DNA of 64,000 nucleotides from Podarcis melisellensis (lineage: Eukaryota), in the NCBI GenBank assembly GCA_964234715.1, contig OZ174280.1; one strand, given 5' to 3'. Below, piece after piece: positions 26,440 to 40,450 of this stretch (position 1 is its first letter; each line of letters starts with the position of its first letter). The notes beneath the pieces are model-generated. The model ran no database searches and was not told the DNA's origin. It saw only the letters and a list, made by a program, of their open reading frames with translations. The position numbers and the translations under genes are program-made.

Positions 26440-26776
26440 AAGGGACCCCTGACCATTAGGTCCAGTCGTGGCCAACTCTGGGGTTGCGGCGCTCATCTCG
26501 CTTTATTGGCCGAGGGAGCCGGCATACAGCTCATGTGGCCAGCATGACTAAGCCCCTTCTGGCGAACCAGAGCAGCACACAGAAACGCCGTTTACCTTCC
26601 CACTGGAGCAGTACCTATTTATCTACTTGCACTTTGACGTGCTTTCGAACTGCTAGGTTGGCAGGAGCAGGGATCGAGCAATGGGAGCTCACCCCGTCGT
26701 GGGGATTCGAACCGCCAACCTTCTGATCGGCAAGTCCTAGGCTCTGTGGTTTAACCCACAGCGCCACCCGCGCCCC
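26440..26776 (-). mobile_element. Sauria SINE (Squam1/POM-type), full length
   Basis: Minus strand GGGGCGCGGGTGGCGCTGTGGGTTAAACC...GGTTCGAATCCCC...GGTCAGGGGTCCCTTT; 14-bp TSD TCCTGTTGTGTCTA at 26426-26439 and 26779-26792. Confidence 0.93.
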
Positions 26777-26831
26777 TGTCCTGTTGTGTCTAGCAGGCCA
26801 TGAAAAAACAATTACACACAGCATCACAATG

Positions 26832-27265
26832 TGAGAAGAGTCCTGCTGGATCAGGCCAAAAGCCCATCTAGTCCACTATCCCGTTCACGCAATGGCCAAC
26901 CAGTTGCCTGTGGGAAGACTGCAAGCAGGATCTGAGTTTCCAGAACCAGTTGGAAGAGACTCCAAGCATCATCTAGTCCAGCCCCCTGCAGTGCAACAAT
27001 CTCTCTGCTTGTGATTCCCAGCAACTTGGTTTCAGAGACTTGCTGCCTCCAACAGTGGATGTAAAGCATAGACATCATGGCTACTAGCCGTTGATAACCT
27101 TGTCCTACATGAATTTGTCTAACCCTCTTCTAAAGCTATCCAAGTTAGTGGACACCACTGCTTCCTGTAGCAGTGAGTTCCATAGATAAACAATGTGCTA
27201 TGTGAATAAGTGCTTTCTTTTGTTTGTCCTGACTCCTCCAACTTTCCATTTCATTGGATGGCTCA
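26832..27265 (-). mobile_element. CR1 LINE 3' fragment
   Basis: CCTGCTGGATCAGGCCAAAAGCCCATCTAGTCCA...GCAGTGAGTTCCATAGA...TTCATTGGATG. Confidence 0.75.
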
Positions 27266-28997
27266 GAGGCATGCCTGGTTTAGCCCTGGGTTCATTATAA
27301 GCCTGTTTATACCACCAGTTCTCCTAGGACAGCCAACACTTTCCTTGTTTCAGCTTCTGATTTGTAAGCATATCTGAAGGATGGATCAGATATTGAAATG
27401 GGGAAAAAGGAAATCATCAACTTGGCAATGTATGGCAATATTCTCTGCTCACCCGGATGATAGAAACACTGTTAGTTTAGGATAACAGGAACACAGCGAT
27501 TACCAACTTATCTCTCTAATTGTGTAAGCAAGCATTATGTCAGTCTTCAACATCTGAAAGCTTGTCTCGGATGCTAGCCACTTCCTGAGAAGTACATCAG
27601 AAAAGGCTCTGATAGCTACAAATTTAACTAAGCAGGTCAAGCAGATCTGGACTGAAACCAGCCACCAAAAGTACCATATGAGTTGCTTACATTTAGCTCC
27701 CTTGAGGGTTTCACTTCATTAGGTGCTACAGACCTAGGAAAGACTAAGGACAAGTGAAAGAATAACAGGGCAAGAAGCAATTCATAAGCCCAACAGGGAC
27801 CAACCAAAGTTCAACTCCATCTTAAAAAAAACTCCAGAAGGATCTCTTTCTTTCTCTGACTTCTTGCTTGAACTGTGAGCTCCTTTCCTCCAAAGGCTGG
27901 TTTAGATACAATTGCTGGGTTGCTTATCCTTGACAGTTCTGCGCACAAAAGCAGTAACAAAAGCTCTTCATTGTGTGTGTCATCCAGTTATGTGCAGAGT
28001 GTACTACCTGCCCACATGCTGATGTGCAACAGCCAACATTGCACATGATGGGGTGATGCACGTGGCAAGGGGAGTTGTAAACATCACTCCTTATGGGCAG
28101 ATGGGCTTTTCAACTGCCAAGCCATAATATCTAAATTGACCATTAACTCTTGTTGAGTAGCAAGGCCCCTTCCAGCCACCATCCCAGCAGCTGAGCTTTT
28201 GCAATTGGCTTGAAGAGCCATAGTTACGCACCCCCCCTTTCTGCAGTAGCAAACCACAACCTGTTCCCAGCTAACTGTATCTCTCAGGAGTTGGGCAATG
28301 CCCAAGGCACAGGAAAAGAATCTCAATGCCCCCTCCCTTCTGCCCCCTCCCAAGTCCACTGTTTTCGCTGCCTGTTGTGAAAGAGACTTATCAGAGAAGT
28401 AGCGTAATACTCAGAAAACGCAGCTTCCAGGAAAGGAAGGAAGCATTGGGTCACCACTTACACTCTTTTCCAGCAAACAAGCAAAGCACACAGATAACAA
28501 GGCCAGCGGTATGCGCTGTAGAGGAATGTGTGTCAATAGGGAAAATATGTGACCCAGCATGTGCTACTGAACCTTTCGGTTTTTACTAAAAATACTTTCA
28601 CTCCTGCACAAGCTGGCTGGATCCCCCTGCCTGGTTAATTAACTCATTGCCATTTATGAATGGGAGGGGATGTAAGTGACCCTGTCTCCCCTGACAGTGA
28701 GAAGGAATCTCATTCTATTAAATTAGGAGTAATTCAATTTGGCCTGGTTCTCTGCTCTTTACACCCTCTGCAGATCTGTTGCTTTCCCACTTCTGCTGAA
28801 ATGAGTGGTATTATGACTATACATGAAAGGGAGACTGGGCCTGACCCCCTGGCCTTTGTTATGCACATGTTATCCATCATGCCACCCACTCGATTAGACT
28901 CAGCGAATGGGATACATAGAAAAGTAGGTATGCCTCTGTCCTTTATCTGTATACTTAACATCCACTGATACTCATGGGATCTGGGTGTGCCTATAGC

Positions 28998-29990
28998 TTT
29001 ACCATAACTTCCATTATAGAGCTTCAGTATGCTGATGACAACATAGTGTGTGCACACTCAGAGGATGTCCTCCAAACCATTCTAAATATCTTTGCAGTAG
29101 CTTACAAAAAGCTTGGCCTATCGCTCAACATCCAAAAAAATAAAGTGCTGCACCAACAAGCACAAAACAACCCCTCTGCAGTGCCACAAATCCATCTCAA
29201 TGATATAACGTTGAAAAATGCCAATCACTTCTCCTACCTGGGCAGTTATCTTTCCACAAGGGCCAACACTGATGCTGAAATCCAGCATTGCCTGAGCTCT
29301 GCGAGTGCAGCTTTCTCCCAGTTGAAGTGCAGAGTGTTTGAGGACTGAGAAATTCACAGGGAAATAAAAATGCTCGTTTACATTGCTATTGTACTACCAG
29401 CCTTGCTGTATGCGTGTGAAACATGGACCATTTATAAATGCCATCTCCAACTCCTCAAAAGATTCCATCAATGGTGTCTCCAAAAAAAATTACAAATCAT
29501 TTGGGAAGACAGGTGAACTAATGCCAGTGTACTGGAAGAAGCAAAGATGATCTGTGTCGAAGCAGTGATTCTTCAACATCAGCTTCATTGGACTGGTCAT
29601 GTTGTGTGGATGCCTGATTATTGTCTTCCAAAGCAACTACTCTATTCTGAACTTAAAAATGGAAAGCGTAATGCTGGTGGTCAACAAAATAGGTTTAAAG
29701 ACTCTCTCAAGTCAAATCTAAAATAATGTAGTATAAACACCGACAACTGGGAAACACTTGCCTGTGAGTGCTCCAATTGAAGTACAGCCTTTACCAAAGG
29801 TGTCATGGGCTTTGAAGACGCTTGAACTCAGGACGAAAGGGAGAAACGTGCTAAGAGGAAGGAACACTTGGCAAACCTTCACTGTGATCAACTCCTGCCT
29901 GGAAATTGTGGAAGGAGGTGTGGATCCAGAATTGACCTCCACAGTCACTTATGGACTCACTATGGAAGACACTATTACTCGGCCATGAGT
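28998..29990 (+). mobile_element. RTE-clade LINE, 5'-truncated and degenerate (RT C-terminus to 3' end)
   Basis: ELQYADD RT motif, KLGLSLNIQK, FSYLGS, LLYACETW, QLHWTGHVVWM, terminal CGRRCGSRIDLHSHL. Contains stops and frameshifts. Confidence 0.92.
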
Positions 29991-30125
29991 GATAGTTTTT
30001 CAGAGGGCTCTTTTAGAGGGCAAAGGGCAGCAGTTTGGGCAAGGACTGGACCATGTGTCACATTTTCTGTTATGATCACATCCTAAGCAATTATGTCTGA
30101 ACCAGAACTCCACACACCTTGGCTT

Positions 30126-30620
30126 TGATGTATCAGACCAGGACTGGGTATGATGTGGTCAGTGTGGTTTCCCCCCACCCTGTTCCTCTGTTCCGTTGCT
30201 CCTTCCTCTATTTGGCCATGCACTGTGTGCAACTGTGCCATGTGGCTGCTTGCAAGAATCGTCTGGACCACCATGGAGGTGATGGTTGGTTGGTGAAGGA
30301 CTCTGAGAGGCAGGGAAGGGAAGATCTCCCAGGGAGGGAGGCTGGGAGAAGAAAAAGGAAGCTCCCAGGTGAGAGCTGGGAGGGTCCACCCCCTTCTGTG
30401 TGAGACAAGGATTAAGCTCTATATTGGAGAGAGGAATCTGCATTTTATTTTCTTCTGTCTTTCTCTGTTTTTGTTTCTTTCTAGATGAGTTTCTTTTCTT
30501 TTCTTGCATTACGGAAAATGTTTAATAAAGTCTTATGGTGAAAAAGAAAAGAATCCTCTGGGCTGTGCACTTGCATTTTTTGGAATGCATTCAGAGATCT
30601 TACTCAGTCCCACAGCATCA
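30126..30620 (+). mobile_element. Possible solo-LTR-like element (~495 bp)
   Basis: TGATG...CATCA ends, purine-rich middle, AATAAA ~30524; no TSD. Confidence 0.4.
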
Positions 30621-32789
30621 CCCGTTGCAAAGGGGCAGCATGAATGTATCGGTGATAAAGCTGTGAATACCGTATGTTTCCCACTCAGGAAATTGCAAGC
30701 CTACAAACAGGAAATCGGTCAGGGATGCATAGATGGACTGTGGCGCCAAAGAGCTGCTGAAGAGGCTACGTGTCATCAAGAATGCTGATTTATTGAACAT
30801 TTGCATAGGATTGAATATTTCCATGGCACTCGTAGCACTTACATATTTATGAGTTGACTTCCTGATATCTCATTGCACAGGTACCAAGGTCTGTGCAAAT
30901 GGCCCCCAAACAACCCTTTCATTTTAGGGCTTTTCCAGGGCAGTATGTGAATTTTAGGGTGAAAGGTAAGGGATTCTCACCTGTTCCACTTTTTTTTCAG
31001 CTAAGGATGCCATCCTAAAAGAGAATGGGTATCTTCCTTCTGGAATCGGATCAGTGCTTTTTTGCAGGGATTGTGCAGAAGCTAAGTAATTAATTAGTGA
31101 ACAGGATTTACATGCTGCTCCATCATCAAAACCCCTTAAGAGATATATAGGCTTGTTTCAGGCAGCGTTGCCCCCAGCAAGCATTTCCACGGCGGGAACA
31201 ATGCTTTCGCAACAGCCCAACCACCAAAGTGAACTGAATTGCTGGGAAATGCTGCTTCACCACTTCCTACCTCCACCATCCTTATTAGCGCAACCACTGG
31301 GTTTGGTGACATCTAGATGCCCAACTAGCGAAATGGGAACTCCTCCCCTGTCACCATCACTACCTACAGGCATTTCTGATTGCTTTTGAAAGTAAATTAT
31401 TATTTTTCTAATTGCAATGGGTGAGATTCGCCTAACAAGTCCCATCAGTGCAAGCCCTGTGCCAGCAAAACGGGGCTTTCCCTCCCTCTCCTCCCCCTTC
31501 TGCAGTCCCTGCACCCACCCAAATTGGTTCTGGGGGTCAGGAGAACCCCTCACCCCAAACAGCACATGGTGGGGGGGGGGGGGAGAGAGAAGAGAGGGGA
31601 TTGTTCCATCTGGAAAGCTAAAATGCTTGCACTGAGAGGATGTTCATCCCTGTGTTACACTGAATCATGGTAGGTGGGGTCTCACCATCTGTATGTTTTG
31701 TAGTATACCCGCCTGGCCTGTCAACAAAGTAATATTTTTACAAAGAAGCTATAAGGTTTTTTTTTGGGGGGGAGGGGTGTTGAAGGAAGGGAATGCTGCA
31801 GGAAATCCAGGGCCCAACAGAAAGGCCTTGGCCTTAGGCATCCAGGGCCACACATTAATAACATTCATGGCTATTGGCCCAAGTTCTTTGGGAGCAAAGC
31901 CTGCATGGTTCTGGTACATATTACCTGACTAATACATTCAAGGCCTGGCTCCTGACCTCATCCCTTGTCGTAATAATAACGATGACTGATGTGAAGAGAG
32001 GAAGCAGAAGTCATGAAATGGTTTTCTTCGCACCTTTCTTTCCTATGAACAAATACACAGTGGAATTATTGGCAAGGATTAATCTTTGATCTTATTAGGC
32101 CTTGCTTTTCCATCTGCCTTGAATTTGCAATGGAATTCCTCACAACACCACTTTATTAAGGACATGACACCGCCAATCTGTGGAGAAAAACTGCAAATGT
32201 TTTTTTTGGTGGGGTGTTTTCTCTTTCCCCAATAAATTTCCCCTAAGAGACGAAATTCCCATTGCTAGACATATGCCAACTTCTGTTTGTTAAGTGGGCC
32301 TTGTAACATAAAAGCCTGACGGGGAGGGCTCTCTAATCTTGCATTCTAGCAGGGGTTACAAAGAGAAAGAATCATTTTTCTTTAGTGCTGTCTGATCGCT
32401 GCAATTTACTTGTAAAAAATAATAATAATCTGCAATTGGAACTGCGGAATGAATTTGAAGTTCAATATTAACACTCACGTAGGTTGCGACAAATAAAAAA
32501 TTAGCACAGCAGGATTCACTGAAAAGGAAAGATGCACAAAGCGCCACGTATTTGGGTTAGCAAACTGGTTAAATGTTTGCTCAAAGTGCATCTGGTTTTG
32601 CAGTTACCACTTCCAGTATGGCCTTTGTTGGTAGCAAGGCTTGGATGTGCACTACATATACATCCAGCTCTCCCAAGATACTGTTGTTGAAAGGTAAATA
32701 CAGGTTGCAGCAGTTCTCCTGGGTGTAGCCTCTACAAACTAGTCTGGCTGGGGTGGCTGAATATAAGTCATTATGAAACAGTAGACAGT

Positions 32790-33290
32790 TGTTATCACCT
32801 CGGAAGGAATCCCCCAGGTCTGTGCAAAACAGAAGTTACCAAGGTGACTGGAATGGGTGTGAGGTGATGGGAAGGAGGTTTGGGTTTTTGACCAAGGTGT
32901 GCTGGGAAGAAGAAAGAGGAACAGAGGAGCTGCTGGAGAGGCCAGAACTCCATGGCGGGGCTGGAGGACCAGAACCATCTTGGCTGCTGGTTGGAGAGGC
33001 TACAACCCAGAGCCAAGCATGGCTGGTTGCTCTAGATTCAAACTAGCCGAAGCCATGAGGGAAACAAGAAGAGACCCTTTGGACATGACAACGCTGTAAG
33101 ATTTGCTACTCCCTCCACCTACACACTCAGGTGTATTTAGGCAAATAAACTATATATCTTAAAGTCACTACTGTCTCCACCGTGTCTTGACTCTCAGCAG
33201 AAACGCAACACTGGGATGAGTGCCTCCAACCCCCTGGAATCTTGCTACCGGCCAGCCGAGGTTGGGGGTTGGCGTGCCACATTGGTAACA
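32790..33290 (+). mobile_element. Solo-LTR-like element (~500 bp)
   Basis: TGTTATCA...TGGTAACA ends; AATAAA; 3' half resembles 40840-41341; no TSD seen. Confidence 0.55.
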
Positions 33291-33293
33291 ATA

Positions 33294-33796
33294 CAGTGGT
33301 ACCTTGGTTCTCAAACGCCTTGGTACTCAAACAACCTGGAACCCTAACACTGCAAACCCGGAAGTAAGTGTTCCGGTTTGCGAACTTTTTTGGGAAGCCG
33401 AACATGCTCCGTTTTGAGTGCCACAATTCCATTTTGAGTGCCACATTTCCGTTTTGAGTGTTACGCTGAGGTCTGTCTGTTTTTGCCATTTATTTTGTGT
33501 TTTTGTTTTTGCGGCTTTTTTGTTTTGTTTTTGTGACTGTGTGGAACCCAGTTCAGCTATTGATTGATTGTGTGGCTGCAGTACATTGTTTATTGCTTTG
33601 ATTTTATGGATCAATGGTCTTGTTAGATAGTAAAATTCATGTTCAGTTGCTGTTTTAGGGGTTGTTTTTAAAAGTCTGGAACGGATTAATCCATTTTGCA
33701 TTACTTTCTATGAGAAAGAGCGCCTTGGTTTTGGAACTCTTTGGTTTTGGAACGGACTTCCAGAATGGATTAAGTTTGAAAACCAAGGTATCACTG
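33294..33796. mobile_element. Tigger-like MITE, 503 bp, related TIRs but different interior
   Basis: CAGTGGTACCTTGGTT...AACCAAGGTATCACTG flanked by TA. Confidence 0.9.
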
Positions 33797-36209
33797 TATT
33801 AATTGCTATGATGATGTGTTCCCTACTGTTGCTGTCTATAATTTGATATTGCCCTGACATAACCCTGCCTGATGCTTTCCTCCTATGACCTTCCTTCTCC
33901 CAGTATTAATGCTGACATGGTCTAGGTGGGGCCTTTTCTGTCTACTGCTTCTTCATCGTCTGCAGCTTCCTGGCCTGCAGCAGCCCTGTATTATCTTGAG
34001 ACACGTTCTTTTGGCACAGTTCCTGGTGCTCAGTCCTTGATACACAGCTATGCAGGCCCATCTTCCTAAAGGAAATATTGTCAGAACATTCATTACAGGA
34101 AGAACGATGAAGCGTAGGTAGCCCATTTCCCCAGATCAGTCCCTCTCTTCTCACCTCCTGCTTCTCTGGTTTTCCTTCCATGGTAAACTCTTTAGGGAAG
34201 TACTTTCAAGAAGAAAGAAAGATTGGCTTCAAAGAACAAGATTCTGCTTCTCACTGGCCTTTCAGCACCACCATGCTGTTAACTACTTGCCAGTAACATA
34301 CTTTCTTTTAACAAGTAAATAAAGGGCCGGGTGAACTCCCCTCTGGGGCCACGTGCTATGGAGACCCAACTAGGAAGATCAAGATTGCTGACATTGAGAA
34401 GGCAAGAGCCCTTTACACCCATTGAAATGTGTGTAGTCTAAATACAAGGGAGCATGATCGTATGTGCCACCCCTCTCCTGATCACCTTGCGTTGATCAGT
34501 TTTGCATGTTCCATACTATTGCCTTCTGTGATTGGATGTTGCCCTGATACAACCCTGTCCAATATTCGCCTCCTATTACCTTCCTTCTCCTATGCATAAG
34601 AAGCTAGGTTCTTTTCTGACATAATCTTCATTGTCGATTATTTTCCTGTCCACGGGAATTCAAAGACGAATGCACAAGGTCCCATCCAGGCATTGGCCAA
34701 ACCCTGACTGGCTTAGCTTCAGCAAGGTGGCTGCATCACATGCCCTCAGATTATGTCCTTGGGACATTTGAAAGAGGACAGGGAAGCCACTCTTGCATTG
34801 GGAAGATAAGGATGGTATCACACAGGCATCTCTGGGATTTAGGGCTTGGATGAGCACCACCAGAGGTATATCCACCTCTCTCTTTAAAGCCTTCATGCAG
34901 ACATCCTAGGATGTGTCTTAGAAAGGAGGCTGGAGCATAAGAAATGTGATCATTTTATTAATGTGGCACTAGCATGTTAATATCATTTCTAAGTATACCG
35001 GGGCAGAGAGATGTATCTGTATATACGAAAAAGACAAGGAGTTGCTGTTGTAACCACCAGGGAAGATCAATTGTATAAGCACGGCCCTTTAGGTAGAAAT
35101 ATGCTGGCAAAGTCAGAAGAAGCAAGGATACTAATTGGTACAGGGGACAAGGGACATTGGCAGTGGGGCAAAGGATTGTTCATCAAACTGATATTCATTG
35201 CCAGGCACAGCCATCAGGACGTTTTGGAGCTGCTGCTCACCAGCAGCTGATTCTGCTTCAGTTATGCCTGGACTCTAGCCTGAAACTAGAAGATGTTGGA
35301 GATTTTAGATTGTGCATCTCCACCAAGCTATGTCCACAGGAGGGACCTCCAACATGGCCATCACACCTGTAAAAAGACCCTTGAACATCAGTAATCTAGA
35401 GCAGGTCACAGCTTTTTGGTCTGGCTTCCTCTTTTGTCTGAATGTCAAGGGAACTCAGCTTGCTGCTGTCCCTTGCCACGTCTGGGGTATGGAATGATTT
35501 TATTTATTTATTTTAGAGCATTTGCTCAGTTTCATCTAAAGGTGCCTCCAGACTGTCAGTGGGAGGGATTTAAGCACATCCTGGAGCTTCAGGTTGGTGC
35601 AATTAACGTGGATTAAAGCCCTCTGTCAGCCTAGCGCAACAAGGGACTTTTTGCAGTTTGGAAAGTGATGAGGAAATATATTGAAATGGAAGGATGAACA
35701 AAGGATTGACTCAAAGGCATATGAACACCCCACAAGAAGATCAGGACGAATGCAGAATGATTGCTCATTGTGGCATAACCTCCCCACAAACAGAATAAAG
35801 GCTCAACTCCAGACATGGTAGAACTGCCATGGAAGCTTTGTGTAAGCAAATCAAAATGAATGCGGAATGAATTGGTCATCTGGAGATGCTGTTATTTCTG
35901 TGTCTACTTTTTCAGCCTTGCCTTGCCTTTCACCCTAGGGCTCATTCATCCCCACTGATTGTGTGGGGGAAAGGGTCTGGCAAACTGAGAATGTGTTTGT
36001 GAATGATCCTGGCAAAGTGGAGGTGAGGAGCCTTCTTTTACCAAATGTGTGAGAGCTCACATTAAAGACATGGAGCCTGTTATCACTGCAGAGTGCAAGG
36101 CTCTTGTGAACTACAAGCTTGTGCCCTGAGAGAAGACACTTGCTGCACTGAGAAAGGCAAGGAGCAATGCCCAGTGGATTGCCAGACAATGTGCCAATGA
36201 CTACTGGCT

Positions 36210-37045
36210 AATGCCGCATCAGAGCATTCAACTTGCTGCTGACACTCTGAGGAAGCTCTATAAAGGCTCATCAACTGTTTTGCCCAAGCTTGGGTAGAAT
36301 TTGACCTCATCTTTAGCCTGACAAAGACCAACATATTGGATCAGGATGCCGCCAGCACTACACACATTAGCATTGGTGACCACATGCTTGAGATGGTAGA
36401 TGATATTGAGCATGCTGCTTTGTGGAAGTGAGTCGTGGGCAACTTACACCCGCCAGGAACGATGCCTCAATGCCTTCCATATGAACTGCATGAGGAAGAG
36501 TTTGGCCATCAGGATAGAGTCTCAAACAAAGATGTGCTCTTCCAAGCCCACATTCCCAGCATGTTCTCACTTCTGTCTCAACAGTGTCTGTGCTGGTTGG
36601 GTCATGTACATAGAATGGAAGATGGCAGGCTCCACAAGTATGAGCTCAATGGGGAGCTTGCTTCAGGCACTAGGCCTGCTGGCAGACCAGCTCTGCTACA
36701 AAGATGTCTGCAAACATGACATGAAAGCTGGCAACATTAACCTTGCCATGCGGGAAACCCTTGCAGTCAACCACAGTGCCTGGAGACAAACAGTCAGGCC
36801 ATGTATGCACAGCAATGACCAGAGGAGAAATGACCGCTGGGAGGAGCGCAGAGAGAAGAAACACTATGATGTATCTCCACTAGCAAAACCTGATACCTTT
36901 ATCTGCAGCTCCAGCTGCAATAAAACATGTCTCTCCCATATTGGTCTCTACAGCCACAGCAGGTGCTGTAACTGGCCAATGGTTTGATTTTATCCCCGAT
37001 GGCACACTCTTCCTTTGTCTCTCGAGACAGATGGATGCCAGCAAC
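36210..37045 (+). mobile_element. RTE-clade LINE fragment (second family), degenerate
   Basis: HSEEAL.RLINCFAQA, LLCGSESWATY, WLGHVHRMEDGR, CNKTCLSHIGLYSHSR; internal deletion; ends at (GT)n(GA)n. Confidence 0.88.
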
Positions 37046-37047
37046 AA

Positions 37048-37048
37048 T

Positions 37049-37127
<79 letters not shown>
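37048..37127. repeat. (GT)n(GA)n compound microsatellite
   Basis: Seen directly. Confidence 0.97.
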
Positions 37128-37131
<4 letters not shown>

Positions 37132-37647
37132 TAAAATGGCAGCTTACCCACGCAGAATCTGGAAGACATTCAACAGAGCAGTTGCTCTCACATATTCTGT
37201 CACCACCGCAGATGGGCTCTGCTCACACGAGAGAGAAAGTATATCATTAGCACTGCTGAGTTTATCAGGGAAAGAGGGCCTTCAGCTCTTGTGAGCGGGT
37301 CATAGGAAAGACGAGCACCAGACCAGACAATGTGTCCAGCCCACACGCACTCCAGTCACTTTGTCTGGACATTCAACATTCAACAAGGTTGGGTGCCTCT
37401 CTGGCTGTCAGACTGTGAAAGGCAACAGTGGGAACTGCTTGCACATCAGCATTTGATAGAAATTAAGCCATATGACTACCAGTGTCAGGGTATTCCTTTT
37501 TCTTAGCTCTCAGGCAAAACCAGAGGGACAGATTTTCAGGAGGCCTAATGTTAGAAGCACAGTATCAAAAGCAGTCAATTTTCATCTGAACAGTGAATCA
37601 AAGGTCATGCCCTGGAAACAGAGGTATTGCTAGCCTAGAATGCCCAA

Positions 37648-37821
37648 GGCTGTGTGCATACCATGTGTTCAAAGCACATTTTCTCTCTCTATAAGAATTC
37701 TGGGAACTGTAGTAGACCCCTCACAGAATTATAGTTCCCAGCACTTTTAACAAACCCTTGTTTCCAGGATTCTTGGAGTGAGCTTTGCATGTGCTTTCAA
37801 TGTATTGTGTGTATGCAGCCC
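37648..37821. mobile_element. Palindromic MITE-like repeat (related copies ~12350-12555, ~25340-25500)
   Basis: GGCTG...CAGCC ends with internal GGGAACTGTAGT / ATAGTTCCCAG symmetry. Confidence 0.55.
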
Positions 37822-39885
37822 TGAGTCTTTTGCACTTGGCCCTGAATCTCCCACTCCTTCCCCCTTTTTTAAACTTAAAAAATTCTTAATTCTTAAAGAA
37901 GCTTAAGAATGCCTGAGACTCCACCCACCATCATGTCTGCCCAGAAGAGGACAACATAGGAAGCTGCCTTATCCCAAGTCAGACCAGTGGACCATGTAGC
38001 TCTAGATTGTCCACTCTGACAGGCAGTGACTCTTCAGGGTTTCTGGCAGGGTATGTGCCAAGCTCTACTTATTTATATGCCACATTTTGGGCAAAAAGGC
38101 CCCCAAGGTGGTTCACAAAAAATAACCAGGGACCTTTTGCATGCAGATGATCTTCCAGTGATCTATGGTTTCTCCCTTAGTAAATTTGTATTATGCTGAG
38201 CCTGTGCCCCCAATCATTAAAATACCTAGAAATGCCTTGCTTGTAAATCTCGCAGCTCCCATTTCAGTGATGTGGATGGATGTTGAGGAAGCTGATTTTC
38301 ACGTGCTAATTGCCAGACAACTAGGGTTGCCATATTTCAAAAAGTGAAAATCCAAACACAATGCGAGCTTCTTCTTCTTTTGGCAAATTCTCCAGAAATA
38401 AATGAAGTTTTTACCATTTTGGGGGGAAATCTAAAAAATAAAATAAAAAATCAACACTTAACATATGTGCTACCAGATATTTTAGCCGCTTTCCCAAAAT
38501 TCTGCCCAGACACCATTTTTCAACAGACAAATCCTGTCTATATCTGGGAAATTCCAGACCTGGAAAGACAACCCCTTTCTAAAGGGTAAGTGTGGGTACC
38601 AAATAACTCTGGAGCTGTGCTCAGGAACCCTCAAGGGATTCGTTACCTGGAGTGGCATCTGTACATGTCCCTGGCCTTAATTCTTGATTAGAAGGTCCTT
38701 GATATTTTAAGTTCCCAAAGACAAGGATGGAGCACTGTGCTGCTTCATTAGACTTCTAAAAAATGAGACTGACAAATATCTCCTCTGGCCTTCAGAACCC
38801 TTACTTATGAGTTGAGTTAAACCAGCTTAGGCCCAAGTGGACTGTATTTCCTGCAGACAAGGGATGCCCTTCTGTTGACCCTGGTTTCACAGTGACACTG
38901 AAGGTTGTGAAAGCTGGCCCAGTTGTTCGATGCTTGTTCTGCTACAGCCCCTGTGTGTAACCTTGAGAAAAATGACTCAGTCTCACTGGGTTTGAGGTTC
39001 TGACCTTAAATACTGGATAACACCTCTGCATTGCTGAAGTCTTGAGAGGATATTCACATGCTACTCAGATCACAGTTATCCTAAAAGAATTATCAGTATT
39101 AGTAGATATTATGTGGGCTGTAATCCTATGATTATTTGCTTAATTCAGTATATGTTTTTAGGACTGCAGCCTTATATGGCATCATCAATGTACTGACACC
39201 TTTACTGCAAAGCATTCAAGCAAAGATGGGTCCCTGCCCCGGGGAGCTTACAATAAAAAGTCTGGCAGGACATAGCAGCATCCAATAATAAATTTAGGCT
39301 AAGTCTACATAACCCCGAATAGGCTTTCCGAAAGAAATCAGCTTAGTAATTCTATCAACCACCATCAAAAATTACAGCAAAATAGTTTTCTATACAGATT
39401 GCAGCACAGAAAGGAGAGGACTAATTTTCCGCTTCCCCAGAGATCACTTTTCATTCGTGGATTTCCAAAGGTGATAAGAGCAGCAAAGGGGGACTCAGGA
39501 CAGGATGGTGTTGAAGGCAAGTTTAGAGAGGTGGTTGGTGCCCATTAGGATTAGCAGGGAGCCCACCAGTAGGCAGAGCCAGAGCTAATGAGGGGCGGAG
39601 AGCCAACTCACACCAGTTATGTTCCCCATCCTCCTGCCTGCTGAGTTCTACAAAAGGCAACTCTGAGACGAAGGGGGATGAGGAGGAAGCTGAAAGGAGG
39701 TGCCATTCTCAAGACTGTGGGCAGACTGAGGTGGGGGTGGGGTGCCCCATTTGGCCTAATGAGCCAGCTTCCCCTGTTGTAGGAATGCTCTTCATCTCAG
39801 ACAGAATTTATGGTTTAAAAATTGTAAGGGCATAGTGCCTCTAAGCATGTGAAGAGTGCCTCCTGAAGAGCACAATCATGTGTCT

Positions 39886-39889
<4 letters not shown>

Positions 39890-39942
<53 letters not shown>
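39890..39942. repeat. (TA)n microsatellite, target of the Penelope-like insertion
   Basis: Pure TA run; continues at 40574-40590. Confidence 0.97.
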
Positions 39943-39946
<4 letters not shown>

Positions 39947-39994
39947 GGTTTTGGTGTCCTCGGGTGTCTTCCCGTGTAAAAGTTGGGGTGTCTA

Positions 39995-40036
39995 GGCGAC
40001 GTTTCGACGAGGTCTCACTCGTCATCTTCAGGCTGG
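39995..40036 (-). ncRNA. Minimal hammerhead ribozyme motif, mirror copy in the left arm
   Basis: Reverse complement of 40451-40492. Confidence 0.7.
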
Positions 40037-40450
40037 TGCTTTCGGCTTCTTGTTACTGGAACAGAGCAGGATCTCAGTGTTTGAGTTCCTATAAATACTG
40101 TTGAGGGGGTGTGGTGTATAGCCTCCAATGTTCTGGGCAGAGAGGAAGTTCCCAGGCTAGTGTGCCTTTTCTTCTTTTGTTCCTTAATTACTTGAGGGAT
40201 ATCTTGAGTGATTTCTTGCAACTAATCCACACCTAATGACCCACCTAAGTGGTACTCAGGATATCACTCAAGAAATCACTCAAGATATCCCTCAAGTAAT
40301 TAAGGAACAAAAGAAGAAAAGGCACACTAGCCTGGGAACTTCCTCTCTGCCCAGAACATTGGAGGCTATACACCACACCCCCTCAACAGTATTTATAGGA
40401 ACTCAAACACTGAGATCCTGCTCTGTTCCAGTAACAAGAAGCCGAAAGCA

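Noticed and set aside
28974-29348. 124-aa ORF with YADD as a functional or domesticated RT
   Set aside because: Part of a 5'-truncated RTE LINE with stops and frameshifts.
36400-36987. 195-aa ORF
   Set aside because: A chimera of shifted frames in a decayed RTE fragment.
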